Shown piece by piece: positions 63,257 to 64,000 of a DNA stretch of 64,000 nt (the stretch's first letter is position 1; the number at the start of each line of letters is the position of its first letter). The stretch covers positions 27,814 through 91,813 of the forward strand of contig JADLCI010000007.1 in NCBI GenBank assembly GCA_020847275.1. The letters run 5' to 3'. Under the pieces are notes generated by a model. That model was not told the origin of the DNA, ran no database searches, and saw only the letters and a list, made by a program, of their open reading frames with translations. A program made the position numbers and the translations under genes. The DNA is from Candidatus Nomurabacteria bacterium (GTDB lineage Bacteria; Patescibacteriota; Minisyncoccia; Phycocordibacterales; JACOZG01).

Positions 63257-63979
63257 ATGAATAGCGAGTTCACACTCAGTCAGGGATCAGGACAGAAACT
63301 GGAGTTTGCCGTTCAGCGTAACGGCGGCACCACCGAAGACATCGAATACTTGAGCACCGGCGACAACTTCCGTGCGGTCTCACTGCTGCGGACAGGGAAA
63401 GCCAAACTCGTCGAAGTCTCCGAGAACGGGTCCGAAGGCGCGGTCATTCCGACTGCTCCGACACTCGTCGAATGGACCACCGACAGCGACGGCATCATCC
63501 ACTTCACGCTCATCTCAAATGGCCTTACCCGCAAACAGTGGGAACGTCACCTCGAAAGCCGTGGCTTCCGTCTCTCCGATTGGGCTCGCAATGTGCTCCG
63601 TCGCGCGAGCGAAGCTCCGACCAACGGCGTGGCCTATCACATCGTCGTTCGCCCCGGCAGCAAGATCGCTTCACGCAATCGCGTCACGAAGAAGATTCGT
63701 GCTCACGCTGCCGACAAGGGCTGGAAGACTCCCCATTGGGAAGTCGCTTGCCTCATCCGCGATAGGTTCTCGGATGAACAGCTCGAGAAGATGGGACTGT
63801 GGTGGATCGTCACCATGCACGAACCCATCACTGATTCCGACGGCGATCCGTACTTGCTCTACTCCTGCCGGCTCGCTGGTGGTCGTTGGCTCTTCGCCCA
63901 CTATTTCAGGCCTGACGTCGAGTGGGATGCCCCCGGTGGGTTTGCGTTCGTTGTCTCGCAAGTCAGTCCTCAAACCTAA
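63257..63979 (+). CDS. Hypothetical protein; candidate DGR target with a C-terminal variable region
   Basis: SD AAAGGA; more C-rich than the upstream core genes; C-terminus DSDGDPYLLYSCRLAGGRWLFAHYFRPDVEWDAPGGFAFV encoded by strongly A-depleted DNA. Confidence 0.55.
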   Translation: MNSEFTLSQGSGQKLEFAVQRNGGTTEDIEYLSTGDNFRAVSLLRTGKAKLVEVSENGSEGAVIPTAPTLVEWTTDSDGIIHFTLISNGLTRKQWERHLESRGFRLSDWARNVLRRASEAPTNGVAYHIVVRPGSKIASRNRVTKKIRAHAADKGWKTPHWEVACLIRDRFSDEQLEKMGLWWIVTMHEPITDSDGDPYLLYSCRLAGGRWLFAHYFRPDVEWDAPGGFAFVVSQVSPQT

Positions 63980-64000
63980 GCAACTTTGGACTCCGGTCCT

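Noticed and set aside
1-64000. CRISPR array, integrase/transposase, reverse transcriptase, rRNA or intron
   Set aside because: I saw no regularly spaced repeats, recombinase or RT motifs, or rRNA-like sequence by eye. A short DGR template repeat was looked for and not found.
1-64000. Alternative genetic code (TGA = Gly, code 25)
   Set aside because: Conserved genes are full length under code 11, and several end in TGA within ATGA overlaps (for example 5304-5307, 22051-22054).

Overview
This window looks like chromosomal DNA from a Patescibacteria/CPR (Parcubacteria-like) bacterium read with genetic code 11. TGA is used as a stop, and ATGA-type gene overlaps are common. The taxonomic call is inferred from gene content and style. 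From left to right: (1) secreted Ig/PKD surface proteins and a lysozyme-fold candidate (1-3.6 kb); (2) a VirD4/TraG-like ATPase heading a ~33 kb surface-glycan locus (5.3-38 kb) with many GT4s, GT2/GtrA/GT-C-like genes, GT9, an exostosin-like GT, a pseB-pseC-spsF-pseI nonulosonate pathway with unusual extra enzymes (class III aminotransferase, AKR, ATP-grasp, two IolB-like proteins, SDR), an ABC exporter and an O-antigen-ligase/TPR protein; (3) core genes (secA, murB, gatB, typA, PGI/PMI, ROK kinase, class II RNR, RNase P RNA, murJ, lepA, ftsB-like, ftsH, tRNA-Gly, tRNA-Ile) interspersed with single-gene cassettes, including a Delta-9-like desaturase and an acyl carrier protein; (4) the start of a probable island after tRNA-Ile. 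The strongest leads are a 6S-like rod RNA with its own promoter and terminator (47390-47573), an unannotated multi-hairpin RNA plus micro-ORFs upstream of secA (38037-38519), a gene whose adenine-depleted 3' end resembles a DGR variable region (63257-63979), a tRNA-Ile with a UAU anticodon, and the atypical nonulosonate pathway. All calls come from reading motifs and base-pairing by eye; no database searches or folding programs were run.
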